DNA from: Candidatus Sericytochromatia bacterium
GTDB taxonomy: Bacteria > Cyanobacteriota > Sericytochromatia > S15B-MN24 > JAQBPE01
Assembly: GCA_040400605.1 (NCBI GenBank)
Contig: JBBAPZ010000014.1
Location: forward strand, 22,752 to 84,071
Reading direction: 5' to 3'
DNA length: 61,320 nucleotides
Shown here one piece after another: positions 20,563 through 30,407 of the stretch. Position numbers and translations under genes: made by a program. Position 1 is the stretch's first letter. Every line of letters starts with the position of its first letter. Under the pieces are notes generated by a model. It searched no databases and was not told where the DNA came from. It saw nothing but the letters and a program-made list of their open reading frames with translations.

Positions 20563-21471
20563 ATGAATGTTACTGTTGTGTTGAATCACCGGTTGCCGTT
20601 ATGCATTTTAGGCACAGCACTTTTGCTTGGTTGTCAGACACCTGCGGCGCCCCGTGGAACGCCAGGCAGCCAAAATGGGGCGCTTCTTGAGCCAAGCTCG
20701 GGTTCCGTCGCCGTCGGCAGCGACCGTCTGATCGCAAACGGTGGCGGAAATTTTAATGCCACCGACAGCAGCAACCAGATTACCGCTTCCAGTGTTGCGC
20801 GAAAGCTGCGGGGCCGTTTGCAGGTGCCTGCGGGCCTAATTGCGCAAGGCGGCGCCAACTTGATTGCACAAGGTGGTGGCAACATCGTGGCGCAGGGTGG
20901 TGCCAACCTTGCCGTGCAGGCTGTGGGTGCATCAAGCGCTGTCAGCGCACCCGGCTTTGGCTTGATGCAAGAGGCGCTGGTGCCGCTGGCGCAAACACCA
21001 TTGGCTGACGTGGAGGTTTTTGTTGCCGATGCATCCGGCAAGCCGGAACGCTTGGCTGGTGACACCGAGGTGGTCGCACGGACGGACGCAGATGGTCAGT
21101 TTACCTTGACATGGAGCAAGTCGGCGCCTGTCATGGTGATTGCCCGCTTACAAAACACCAAGGGCGAATCCGTGTTTTGGCGCACCATTTCGCGCAGCGA
21201 CACAAAAGAAGATAACGCGTTTCAGTTTGACGCAGCCAGCGCTTGCGTCACTGTCGCTGCGTTAAAGGATCAGACTGCCGTTCCGGCTGGTTTCGCGTTG
21301 GATGCATTCGTGACGGCGACGCAGGCATTGAGGCCACAGCTCTATGCTGGCAAGACCCCCAAGTGGAGTGATCAACAAGCCATTTTGAGCTTCATGACCC
21401 AACAGGAGCAAGCATCGCCAGCGCTAAGTGAAGCTTTGAACCGCGTCAGAAGCAGCCTCGAAGTCAAATAA
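20563..21471 (+). CDS. Lipoprotein with LIAQGGAN-type octapeptide repeats and an Ig-like domain
   Basis: Lipobox LLGC; LIAQGGAN-LIAQGGGN-IVAQGGAN; RTDADGQF. Confidence 0.8.
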   Translation: MNVTVVLNHRLPLCILGTALLLGCQTPAAPRGTPGSQNGALLEPSSGSVAVGSDRLIANGGGNFNATDSSNQITASSVARKLRGRLQVPAGLIAQGGANLIAQGGGNIVAQGGANLAVQAVGASSAVSAPGFGLMQEALVPLAQTPLADVEVFVADASGKPERLAGDTEVVARTDADGQFTLTWSKSAPVMVIARLQNTKGESVFWRTISRSDTKEDNAFQFDAASACVTVAALKDQTAVPAGFALDAFVTATQALRPQLYAGKTPKWSDQQAILSFMTQQEQASPALSEALNRVRSSLEVK

Positions 21472-21544
21472 GGGCTGATTGCCGGCTTTCGTCCATCTTG
21501 CCGCGGCAATTCAGTGAGAGATATCAGCCGCGGTTACGCGAAGA

Positions 21545-22153
21545 CTACGAGATAAGGACACGGAAATTGCCAGTCTTGGGATCGTGTTGCAATGTCGACA
21601 CGGACCGCAATGCCAGCTTCACCTTGTCACGCAACCTGGCGGACGGTACCCCCCACACGCTGACAGTGTTCGGCGACAGTGCCCAGCTCCCGTCCGAGGC
21701 AGGTCCCAAACCCATGTGCACACGGGTTCTGAGTGGCAAGGTGATACCCTTCCACCGGGGGTATCCGATCACCTCAAAGCCGCCGTCAACGTGACGCGTA
21801 CGCGACACTTTAAAGGCGCTCGGTTGGGATTTTTCAGCCAGTTTCTCGACCGCCTGTTGGACAGCTGGGCGTGCAGCAGTCTCGCGCCCACGTTCAGGTC
21901 GAAAAATCCCACTTAACCACCCACGATGCGACGGCGCTACAGGCAATTCCATTTCGACATGGCTGGACAGCACACGCTGTAACACGGGAGTGACCGGATT
22001 GTAACGGTCCAGCGCGCGCCCAACCTGCGAACGACCGGGCGAAACCATCACCGACTGAGGCAACGCCCCAATACGCGCAGACGTTTGAGGCCCCTTCAGA
22101 CCATTCGGAAAAATCAGGCGGCGCGCCACATCGCGAACAGGATTGAAATGCAT
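21545..22153 (-). CDS. Hypothetical protein
   Basis: GAGGAG RBS before ATG; 202-aa ORF filling the gap. Confidence 0.6.
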   Translation of the reverse strand: MHFNPVRDVARRLIFPNGLKGPQTSARIGALPQSVMVSPGRSQVGRALDRYNPVTPVLQRVLSSHVEMELPVAPSHRGWLSGIFRPERGRETAARPAVQQAVEKLAEKSQPSAFKVSRTRHVDGGFEVIGYPRWKGITLPLRTRVHMGLGPASDGSWALSPNTVSVWGVPSARLRDKVKLALRSVSTLQHDPKTGNFRVLIS

Positions 22154-22284
22154 GGCCACTCCTCGCACGTCAATGGGATGTTAAGCAGTTATCGGCACCA
22201 AAGGCCCACCCACTTGCGCCAGTTATCACAAATCTTGGATTAAGTTTACACTAATAAATTATTCGAAAACCGATGGGTCACCGT

Positions 22285-22698
22285 TTAGAGAGGAGGCCTG
22301 GGGGCGCGTCGCACGGTGACCATGACCATCTGTTCACCCAGTGGTTTGCCGCTCGCGTCCGCTACACGACACACGACACGGTGAACGCCGACTTGAAAAG
22401 GCATAAAATGAAACACTGGACGGTTGGGCCAGCCAACATACTCGCCCATCGCGGACCAGGCAAAGGCGAGACCGGGTTGATCCAACCCCTCACCCACAGC
22501 TTCCAGGCTCAAGGGCTTAAAGGTCTCACCAACAAGGGTCTCCACCACCCGCCCATTGTAAGCGATGCCGGTTAACCGGGGCCGAACCGCCGTCAGGGTA
22601 GGCTGTGAAACCGCCGTATGTGTAACCAACGGCAATGTGCCACAGGCACTCAGGCCAAAAGCCAGTGCGATTCGGATCGATATCATCGCATGTCGCAT
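22285..22698 (-). CDS. Small lipoprotein with Ig/PKD-like domain
   Basis: AGGAGG RBS, lipobox LSAC, FAW...GVHRVVCRVAD. Confidence 0.7.
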   Translation of the reverse strand: MRHAMISIRIALAFGLSACGTLPLVTHTAVSQPTLTAVRPRLTGIAYNGRVVETLVGETFKPLSLEAVGEGLDQPGLAFAWSAMGEYVGWPNRPVFHFMPFQVGVHRVVCRVADASGKPLGEQMVMVTVRRAPRPPL

Positions 22699-22912
22699 CC
22701 CGCTCGCCTCCTGCACAATCCAAGCTGTGTAACTGATTAGCAGCAGGCGGCATGCACTGTGTCTCAACGGCAAACAAAACAAATTTGACGCGAAACCGTG
22801 GATTTTTGAACCGCGGGTTGTGCTTGCCGATCCAAGTGTACAAAGCTGTTATCATACCGGGTTAGCCAAAACTTAACAAGACGATCAGCACAGCAGGGTG
22901 AATGTCAAGTTT

Positions 22913-23043
22913 ATACAGTGACGCATGGGTTTTTGTTCAAAAACTAACCAGCGGAATCAAAACGTGAGGGATGACTCGCCAATATTGATCATCAGCCAAA
23001 AATTGGTCATCAATCAATGCGTTGCTGGATAGCGCCAATGACC
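22913..23043. repeat. Dispersed intergenic repeat family A, copy 2
   Basis: ATACAGTGACGCATGGGTTTTTGTTCAAAA...GGTCATCAATCAATGCGTT...CAATGAC. Confidence 0.65.
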
Positions 23044-23160
23044 GCATGCCTGGATGGGTCCGGTTGCCTGAACGGTCAATCAGATAGTTCCTGACTTGAT
23101 GAGTGCTCTAGACACGCGTGAATGGTTCGTGATATAGTCTCCTTGTTCCGTTTAGGACGT

Positions 23161-23232
23161 GCCCCTATGGTCTAGCGGTTAGGACACCACCCTTTCACGG
23201 TGGTAACACGGGTTCGATTCCCGTTAGGGGTA
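23161..23232 (+). tRNA. tRNA-Glu(TTC), CCA not encoded
   Basis: Acceptor GCCCCTA/TAGGGGT, anticodon arm CCACC-CTTTCAC-GGTGG, T-arm ACGGG-TTCGATT-CCCGT. Confidence 0.97.
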
Positions 23233-23246
23233 CTTTATGGGATGAC

Positions 23247-23279
23247 GCTCCGAATCGAAAGATTTCGGGGCTTTTTTTT
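23247..23279 (+). terminator. Rho-independent terminator after the tRNA
   Basis: GCTCCGAA...TTCGGGGC stem followed by T8. Confidence 0.85.
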
Positions 23280-23512
23280 ATGGCGACAACCTCAAACGCA
23301 ATGAAGCCAAATCATGTAACGAAGGTCATAGGGAAGGGGGGCTCGGTGGTGGAAGTTGTTTCACTTCGAGCGTGTTTGATGGCGTGTGGCCGGCAAAGCC
23401 GAGCCCTTGTCAAGTTAAACGTGGACCCAGGTGGGATCGTTGTGTGCAGCTGTCGCCCTTATTTTGGCAATTGCCTGTTTGCAGCGGCGGTTTTGAGTCA
23501 AATTTGGCGCAG

Positions 23513-24682
23513 CTAGCCGCGTCGTATCAATTCTGAGGCAACACCCAGAAGTGCGCCGGCGGTGATTAGCCAGGCCGGGTTTGGCTTGAATCGGATCAAG
23601 CAGAGGATGCTGATGACGCCGATGCCGATCGCGAGTGGATCCACCCAAGCGGTGCGGGTCAATTGCAGTGTGACGGCGGCCATGAGGGCAAGCGAAGCGG
23701 CGATGACGCCATCCAGGGCGGCGCCCGCAATGGGTGATTGCCGCAGACGCGGCACCAATGGCCCACTGACGGCGACGAAAAAGAAAGCGGGCAAGAAGAT
23801 GCCGATGGTCGCAACCACTGCGCCCACAGGGCCGCCCAACAGGTAGCCAATGAATGTGGCGGTCGTGAAAACCGGTCCTGGCGTGATCTGACCGACGGCG
23901 ATCGCATCGAGCAACTGTCCCTCACTCAGCCAGCCGAATCGCTCAACCAGGCCGGTGCGCAAAAAGGCCAAGAGGACGTAGCCGCTGCCGAATAGAACTG
24001 AGCCGACTTTGAGGAAAAACCAAAACATGGGCCACAGGCCGAAAGGTGTGAGGCCCATGGCGGAAGGGGGCGCAGCGAACGCAGGGCCGAGCGCCAGCGC
24101 GAAGCCGGCCATGTTCCGATCCGGCGGTTTGCGATCGCCCAAGCAGCGACGGAACGCCATCAGTGCCCCTGCCGCAAACAGGATGCCCAGCTCAGGAGCG
24201 TCCAATAGGCTTGCGACAAGGGCCGCGGCTGCCAACACAGCCAAAAAACGCGTTTTGAGCGCCGAGCGTGTGAGTCCCCACAGTGCCTGAATGACGATGG
24301 CGATCATCACAGGCTTGATGCCAGCAAGCATGCCGGTGATGGCAGGCAGCGTACCGAAGGTGACGTAGGCCCAGGCGATCGCCATGACAATCAGCATCGC
24401 TGGCAAAATAAAACAGACGCCAGCTACCAACAGCCCCGGCCAGCCGGCTCGTGCGTGGCCCACGTGGATCGCCAATTCAGTCGAGTTAGGACCCGGTATG
24501 AGGTTGGTCGCCCCCAATAGATCCAAAAACTGCGCGTGCGTCAGCCACCCCCGCCGACGCACGACCGCTTCTTCCATCAGCGCGATGTGAGCAGCCGGGC
24601 CGCCGAAGCCAATTGTCCCGAGCTTCAGAAAAACCCAAGCCAGCTCTCCCAAGGCACTGCTGGACCGAGGCTCGTTCGGCAT
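23513..24682 (-). CDS. chrA: Chromate efflux transporter (long-chain CHR)
   Basis: GFGGPAAH, PGPNSTE, FGSGYVL, AVGQITPGP. Confidence 0.96.
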   Translation of the reverse strand: MPNEPRSSSALGELAWVFLKLGTIGFGGPAAHIALMEEAVVRRRGWLTHAQFLDLLGATNLIPGPNSTELAIHVGHARAGWPGLLVAGVCFILPAMLIVMAIAWAYVTFGTLPAITGMLAGIKPVMIAIVIQALWGLTRSALKTRFLAVLAAAALVASLLDAPELGILFAAGALMAFRRCLGDRKPPDRNMAGFALALGPAFAAPPSAMGLTPFGLWPMFWFFLKVGSVLFGSGYVLLAFLRTGLVERFGWLSEGQLLDAIAVGQITPGPVFTTATFIGYLLGGPVGAVVATIGIFLPAFFFVAVSGPLVPRLRQSPIAGAALDGVIAASLALMAAVTLQLTRTAWVDPLAIGIGVISILCLIRFKPNPAWLITAGALLGVASELIRRG

Positions 24683-24864
24683 CAGCGCCCCTCACCGTCA
24701 CGCCCGGCCAGCCGCGCATCGAGCGACCAGGGGCCGGCACCAACAATTTCAGGAAACAAAAACTTCTGGATGCCCTCAGACAGAAAAACCGCACCGACCA
24801 TCAACCGGATCAAAATGGTTGCATAAGGGGCCTGCGTCGAGAAAACCCACTTCAACGTCATCAT
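24682..24864 (-). pseudogene. DoxX-family membrane protein with a large in-frame internal deletion
   Basis: DoxX N-terminus (ILIRLMVGAVFLSEGIQKFL) joined directly to the C-terminal GAGPWSLD motif; only 60 aa. Confidence 0.75.
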
Positions 24865-25140
24865 CGCCTTGCTCTTTTTAAATGGTATCGCTAATCCGCA
24901 TCACGGTGACTGGATGGCAACACAAGTCGCCACAATTGTTACAACCACAGCTTGCGAGCAGCCTGCCCCCCATCAGCGAAGTGTAACCAGTATAACCTTT
25001 AACGACCGTTCGACACTTCCTGAGCACCCGGTATGGCCGTCTTGAAAAGCCCCTTGCAGCAAAGCGGCCTTCGAGGCCTTGGTTTGCGGTCACCATCCGT
25101 GTCACCGGGGCGTTGACGCTTATCCCAGGCGCTGGCTAGA

Positions 25141-26139
25141 ATGGCTGGCATGCGCACATTGACCACACCTTTGCCGCTCATCGAAGCCCGGCAAGTCCGC
25201 AAGGGACCGTGTCGAATTGTGTTGGAGGGCCAGCCTTACGTGGTCTGGCATACAGGCGATCGCTTTGTCGCAGCCAGCGCAGTGTGTCCCCACCGCGGCG
25301 CAGACCTTTCCACCGGTCAGGTGCATGATGGATGTTTACGATGCCCCTACCACGGCTGGACCGTGGCGGCGAACGGACGCCTGTTCAGCCCCTTCGAGGC
25401 CAAAGAAAAAGGCCACCACACCGTATATCCCCTCACCGAGCGCTTCGGGTTACTGTGGCTCAATGGCGATGACGCCCACTTCGAAGCCCTGGAACGCCAC
25501 GGGGGCGAATACTTTGGAACCCTGCGCTTTGCGTTTGATTCTCCTTTGCACATCACCGTGGATGGTTTTTGCGATGGTGCCCACGTCCCCTATGTGCACG
25601 CACGCAACGGGGCCTCCCCCGCACAAGTGCCCAACATCCGCTTCAAATGGGAAGAGGACGATAACAGCGTCACCCTTTCCTATGACTACGCGCAACGCAG
25701 CAACACCTTGATGAGCCTGCTCCACCTGTTTCGGACGACCCGATGGTCGACCAAAGCCATCCTGACTTTTCACCCCATACGGGTGCAGTACAGCATTTAC
25801 TGGTACCTGCCGCACTCGGAACGAATCCTCAACGGCATCAACGGCAACACGTATTACTTCTATCCTGCGGAACCCGGACGCACCGTGGCCATCTGCCTCA
25901 TGTTTCACCGTGGCTTACCACTGATGCTGCGCGTCATCAAACCCATTTTCCGGATCATGCTGGCCCGGTTGACCCGGGACTTGATGGCCGAAGACCTCGC
26001 GATGGCCTCGCGCATCCTCGCAACCGACGAACACTTCACAGGTGCACGACTCGAAAGTTTTGACGCCCCGGTGGTGCGGGTGCGCAAACGCCTCCTCCAA
26101 ACAACCGAGTTTAAAGACTGGCATCACCCGCGATGTTGA
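25141..26139 (+). CDS. Rieske non-heme iron oxygenase (VanA/PrnD-like), copy 1
   Basis: CPHRG...CPYHGW; DGAHVPYVH; C-terminal AEDL. Confidence 0.9.
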   Translation: MAGMRTLTTPLPLIEARQVRKGPCRIVLEGQPYVVWHTGDRFVAASAVCPHRGADLSTGQVHDGCLRCPYHGWTVAANGRLFSPFEAKEKGHHTVYPLTERFGLLWLNGDDAHFEALERHGGEYFGTLRFAFDSPLHITVDGFCDGAHVPYVHARNGASPAQVPNIRFKWEEDDNSVTLSYDYAQRSNTLMSLLHLFRTTRWSTKAILTFHPIRVQYSIYWYLPHSERILNGINGNTYYFYPAEPGRTVAICLMFHRGLPLMLRVIKPIFRIMLARLTRDLMAEDLAMASRILATDEHFTGARLESFDAPVVRVRKRLLQTTEFKDWHHPRC

Positions 26140-26211
26140 GGAAGTAGCCATGTCGAGTTTGCCCATCACACGCGCCTGACCACACGGTCTGTCTGCCCGT
26201 ATCGCGACGCA

Positions 26212-27219
26212 TCAAAGGTTGTCGTTGGCCATCTTGAGGTAGTCACGCCAAGCCCGGGTGCGGATTCGCACCACGGGGAGATCGTATGGCTCCAGTTGTT
26301 GGCTGGCATACTGTCGCGGGATGTCACGGATGCGCGCGTAAAAGCGTTCGTCTTCCAGTATCTGGTTGCGGGTTAGCCGAGCGGTTATCAGGCGCAGCAA
26401 CGGGTGCAAGACTGTGGGGTACGCCGTGAAGCGCCCGAAGCTAAAGGCGTGAAAGCGCGTGCGCTCATCACCCATCGGCGCGATGTAATACACATGGTGG
26501 GTTTCAACCTGTACGGCCTCGGGCTGCCCGGTGATGAACCACTTGGAGTGATAAACCATCCGGATGGGATCGAAGTGCGTTTGCCAGCAGATGTCCCACG
26601 TCAATGACAGCACGGGCATCCCCGGCAACAGTGCGGATAGCCCATGAAACAACAGATGCTTCCGCTGCGGACCTTGGTAATGGATGTCGATATGGGTTGG
26701 ATGTTCTATCCAGTCAAAGACGATGGCGTCCAGTTCGGAGGGGGTCGGGCCGGTGACGCGATGAACGAAGGGGGTGTGCGAGCCTTCGTTGAAGTTATCC
26801 AATACGACGTGGAAAGGGGCGGAAAGCGTGTAACCCGCGCTGCCGCAATACTGGAAGCCTGGTGGTGGGGTGAGATCAACCGGCCCGTTCCCGATGAGCC
26901 ACGCATAACCCGCATGCGCCTCGATGCGATAGGGTTCAAACGCGCAACGTGTTTGTGTGACTCCGCGCGCATCACATACCTGTCCTGCGGCACTGATGCG
27001 CCAGCCATGATAAGGACAGGTCAAGACACCGGGGCTCTGGCCCTGAGATGCGTGAACCAAAGCTGTACCACGGTGTGGGCAGCGGGCTGGAAAACCGAGG
27101 ATCTCCCGTCCACGACGCTGAAGCACCAATGATTCATGGCCGACAGCAACCGAAACAAGTCGCCCTTGTTTTAACTGTGCGAGGGGCAGCAGCGGCTGCG
27201 TGAAATCCAGCAGACTCAT
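26212..27219 (-). CDS. Rieske non-heme iron oxygenase, copy 2
   Basis: CPHRG...CPYHGW; NFNEGSHTPFVH; LEDE; ATG overlaps the stop of the CarA-like gene (ATGA). Confidence 0.9.
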   Translation of the reverse strand: MSLLDFTQPLLPLAQLKQGRLVSVAVGHESLVLQRRGREILGFPARCPHRGTALVHASQGQSPGVLTCPYHGWRISAAGQVCDARGVTQTRCAFEPYRIEAHAGYAWLIGNGPVDLTPPPGFQYCGSAGYTLSAPFHVVLDNFNEGSHTPFVHRVTGPTPSELDAIVFDWIEHPTHIDIHYQGPQRKHLLFHGLSALLPGMPVLSLTWDICWQTHFDPIRMVYHSKWFITGQPEAVQVETHHVYYIAPMGDERTRFHAFSFGRFTAYPTVLHPLLRLITARLTRNQILEDERFYARIRDIPRQYASQQLEPYDLPVVRIRTRAWRDYLKMANDNL

Positions 27220-28559
27220 CCAGCCAAACCTCGCATCACGCCAGTTTGCAGGCGCCCAAGGGCAGCCTGGCTCTTGCAGGGATAAGCATAGGGGTCGTGC
27301 TGCCCCAAATGACGACTCAGAAGCTGATTGACCCCCGTTCCAATCGACATCCCGAGTTTGGGACGATAGGCGTGTTCTCTTAGCAGCCAGCCCCGCTGAA
27401 CGGCGGTCGCGCGCAGGATTGCCTTTTCGTTGGCTCCTTGTGTTTGCATCGCGGTTGGAATGCGCATGGCAGCCAGCATCACGGCCGGGTGCCAGTACAG
27501 GTGCACTTGCTGGATCCCGAGTGCCCACAGCGCGAATGGCGCTAACTCCATGGACCACCGCGTGCGCTCGATGAGGCCTGCGGTGTCATCGACCCCAACA
27601 GCAGCCAGATAGGCGGCTTGCCCCAGCATACCGCCAAAAAGCAGGTCTGAGCCGTAACCGGTCACCACTTGTTGGATGGCGCCATCGGTGCCTCGGGCGA
27701 GTGCGAGCACCTGAAGGGCAATTTCAGCAGCCATGCCATCCACAATCTCACAGGCATCAATGACCTGCGACCAAAGCTCACCAATTGCCTCATCATCCAA
27801 ATGAACGCAATGATGTGCGACGTTTAGGTGTGTGGCCAGCGCAAGCGCGTCCGTAAATTCGTTCCCCAGGCGCGTACCAAGCGTGTAGACCGAAAAAGCT
27901 GACAGGCGGCGAGCGAGCAAGGCCGTGGCAACGGATGAATCAATACCACCCGACAACCAAGCCCCCACGGCTTGATCCAAGTCAAAAGCGGCGGCTGACG
28001 TCTCCAGGGCGTCACCCAAGGCGCCAAGGGCTTCCAAGCGGGTCATGGTGTCTTCGCTTGGTGTCAGCGGTGGCAACAAATTGGCATTTAACTCACGGAC
28101 GATGTTTTGATACGGTGAATAAGTGCGATCGCGCCGTTCGATCGCCAAAATCTGGCTGTCGGGCTTCCAGTGGGGACGAAACCCTGCGATCGCACCAAAC
28201 GCCTTGGCCTCCGGCGCCCAGGCGCGATACCCCGGCCCATCATGGCGCCACAACGGCACCTGCCCCAAAGGATCCGTGCTCAAGCGCTGGCCGTCCATGC
28301 TCATTTCGACACAAGCCCAAGCCACGTGGGGGGCTGTGCGCCCATCTGGTGAAAAGATGACACGATGCGCCGTATGCGCGTCACCAGGGTGACCAAGCCG
28401 GGTGTGATACAAGCGCCGATCACCCACCGTCACGACATGCAGGGGCCCCACATAAGGACAAAGCCTGCGCTTCAGCGCCGCTTCATCAACAAAGGGCCAA
28501 TCTTCGCCCTCGCGGGCAATCAGAAGAAAAGGCATGGCTTTGCTACCAAACGATGACAC
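27216..28559 (-). CDS. carA: Carbapenam-3-carboxylate synthase / beta-lactam synthetase homologue (AsnB superfamily)
   Basis: No N-terminal Cys; LSGGIDSS, GT-x-L-x-NEF, EIVDGMAAEI, TGYGSDLLFGG, RTRWSME, RPKLG...VNQ match recalled Pectobacterium CarA motifs. Confidence 0.85.
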   Translation of the reverse strand: MSSFGSKAMPFLLIAREGEDWPFVDEAALKRRLCPYVGPLHVVTVGDRRLYHTRLGHPGDAHTAHRVIFSPDGRTAPHVAWACVEMSMDGQRLSTDPLGQVPLWRHDGPGYRAWAPEAKAFGAIAGFRPHWKPDSQILAIERRDRTYSPYQNIVRELNANLLPPLTPSEDTMTRLEALGALGDALETSAAAFDLDQAVGAWLSGGIDSSVATALLARRLSAFSVYTLGTRLGNEFTDALALATHLNVAHHCVHLDDEAIGELWSQVIDACEIVDGMAAEIALQVLALARGTDGAIQQVVTGYGSDLLFGGMLGQAAYLAAVGVDDTAGLIERTRWSMELAPFALWALGIQQVHLYWHPAVMLAAMRIPTAMQTQGANEKAILRATAVQRGWLLREHAYRPKLGMSIGTGVNQLLSRHLGQHDPYAYPCKSQAALGRLQTGVMRGLAG

Positions 28560-28922
28560 ATCTTTTGCTCACCTCAAGCGCCGTGGCGTCGAAACCCCAG
28601 AAAGTAACACATCACTTACATATCACCATTTAGCTTGGCAGCGTGGAGGCAATCAGATAACGGATGCCTATATTTAATCTAATCCAACGTTTGGCCATCA
28701 ATCATGCGTGTCTACTTAAGCGACACGTGCACCAAAAACCCAATGTTTCATCGCTGGCTTACATTGTTCGTATGCGGGTTACCGGAATTTGCTCAAGGTT
28801 GATTATATGGAAAAATCCGGAAACTGTTTCTTAAGTGATCACACATGGGCCACCAATCCAAGGTTTTCTGCATAACGGATGGCAGTCAAACCTGATTTGA
28901 CCATCCATCCCAGACAACACAC

Positions 28923-30407
28923 TCATCCACGCAATTCCACGTCATCGTGCAGGCGGGATTTGAGCACCTTGCCGAGCGAACTGCGCGGCAGCCGTTCGTG
29001 TACCACCACCCGCGCGGGCACCTTAAAGTCAGACAGTTGCGATCGCACGTGGGCCACGATGCGTTCACAAACCGGATCATCTCCCACCTCACGCGACCCA
29101 GGCGTCAACTCGACATGCAAAACCGGCACCTCCCCACGCAAGGGGTCCGCCATCGGAACAACCGCGCATAGCGCCACTTCCGGCAACTGTGCGATGGTCC
29201 GTTCGATCTCGATCGGATACACCTTTTGTCCCGCGACCGTGATCACATCATTCAGCCGCCCCACAATGTAAAAGCGCCCTTCGGCGTCCACCTGCACACA
29301 ATCTTGCGTGTACAACTCACCGTCAATCAGGCGCTCAGCGGTGCCTGCCGCATCAACAAAGTACCGCGAAAACATGGCCTCTCCGCTCACAATGAGCTGA
29401 CCCTGCTCATCCAGGCGCCATCGGATGCCACCAATCGGGCGGCCGATGGACGCATCGAGGGGATCGGCATGAGCCGCGAGGTGCAAGGTGATTACCCCAA
29501 TCTCCGCCAGCCCGTAACCTTGCCGGATGCGCACGTTGTATCGCGCGGCGAATTGCTGAATCGTCTCAGTGGACAGCGCGGCACTGCCGCAAAAAGGCAA
29601 GCGCAAACTTGATAAATCAACGGATCGGCCCTTATCCGTTCGTAACGCCAATTGATAAAAAGTTGGCACCGAACTGAAAAATGTTACCGCCTCCCGCGCA
29701 ATCGTCGCAAAAACCACCGCCGGGATGGCAGCCGCCGCATCGCTTAGAATCAGGCGTCCTCCGGCAAACAGTGTCGGCAACGCGAGGCAGTCAAGGCCGT
29801 GAGAATGCGTGAGCGGTACCGTGCATAACGTGACATCCTCACGCGTCAGCGCAAGCGCCGACACCAGGTTGCGCACGCGCGCAGTCACGGCTGAAAGCGT
29901 CAAAACGATGCCCTTGGGGGCCCCCGTTGAGCCAGATGAGAATTGCAACACCGCCGCATCCGCCAAATCAGGATGCGCAACCCCATAGGCGCGGGGCAAT
30001 GGCGGCGCCAGCCACGCATCGGGAGCGAGTGTGGCGATCGCCTGATCCGCCAGGGTCTCCGTCACGCCCTGTGCGCACAGAATCAACCCAGGCTCCAACC
30101 GCGCCAGCAACGCCGCCCGCTCCATCGGCCGCAAGGAAGGATCCAACGGCACGAATGGTACCCCTGCTTGCAAACAGGCCAAAGCCACCACCACCATCAC
30201 CGCACGATTATCCAAAAAGGTCACCAGCGCCACGCCCGGGCGAAGCCCCGCGTGCTGCAGGGCATCTGCCCAGGATTGAATGGCTTCGCTCAGTTCCGCG
30301 TAGCACCAGTCACGCCCCAGGTGAGATACCGCCACGCGTTGGGGCGACGCCTCCGCATGCGCGTGCACGCACGCAACGAGCGGATTGACTGGCAATCGTT
30401 CAAGCAT
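28923..30407 (-). CDS. AMP-dependent acyl-CoA/acyl-ACP ligase
   Basis: FSSGSTGAPKG, QGYGLAE, GRLNDVI, PRSSLGKVLK. Confidence 0.92.
   Translation of the reverse strand: MLERLPVNPLVACVHAHAEASPQRVAVSHLGRDWCYAELSEAIQSWADALQHAGLRPGVALVTFLDNRAVMVVVALACLQAGVPFVPLDPSLRPMERAALLARLEPGLILCAQGVTETLADQAIATLAPDAWLAPPLPRAYGVAHPDLADAAVLQFSSGSTGAPKGIVLTLSAVTARVRNLVSALALTREDVTLCTVPLTHSHGLDCLALPTLFAGGRLILSDAAAAIPAVVFATIAREAVTFFSSVPTFYQLALRTDKGRSVDLSSLRLPFCGSAALSTETIQQFAARYNVRIRQGYGLAEIGVITLHLAAHADPLDASIGRPIGGIRWRLDEQGQLIVSGEAMFSRYFVDAAGTAERLIDGELYTQDCVQVDAEGRFYIVGRLNDVITVAGQKVYPIEIERTIAQLPEVALCAVVPMADPLRGEVPVLHVELTPGSREVGDDPVCERIVAHVRSQLSDFKVPARVVVHERLPRSSLGKVLKSRLHDDVELRG

Noticed and set aside
26212..27558. 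448-aa version of the second Rieske ORF
   Set aside because: The extension overlaps carA; the ATG at 27219 coupled to the carA stop is the better start
27216..28559. Ordinary asparagine synthetase or lasso-peptide cyclase
   Set aside because: No N-terminal Cys glutaminase, no lasso precursor or B proteins; the motifs and the nearby carB favour CarA
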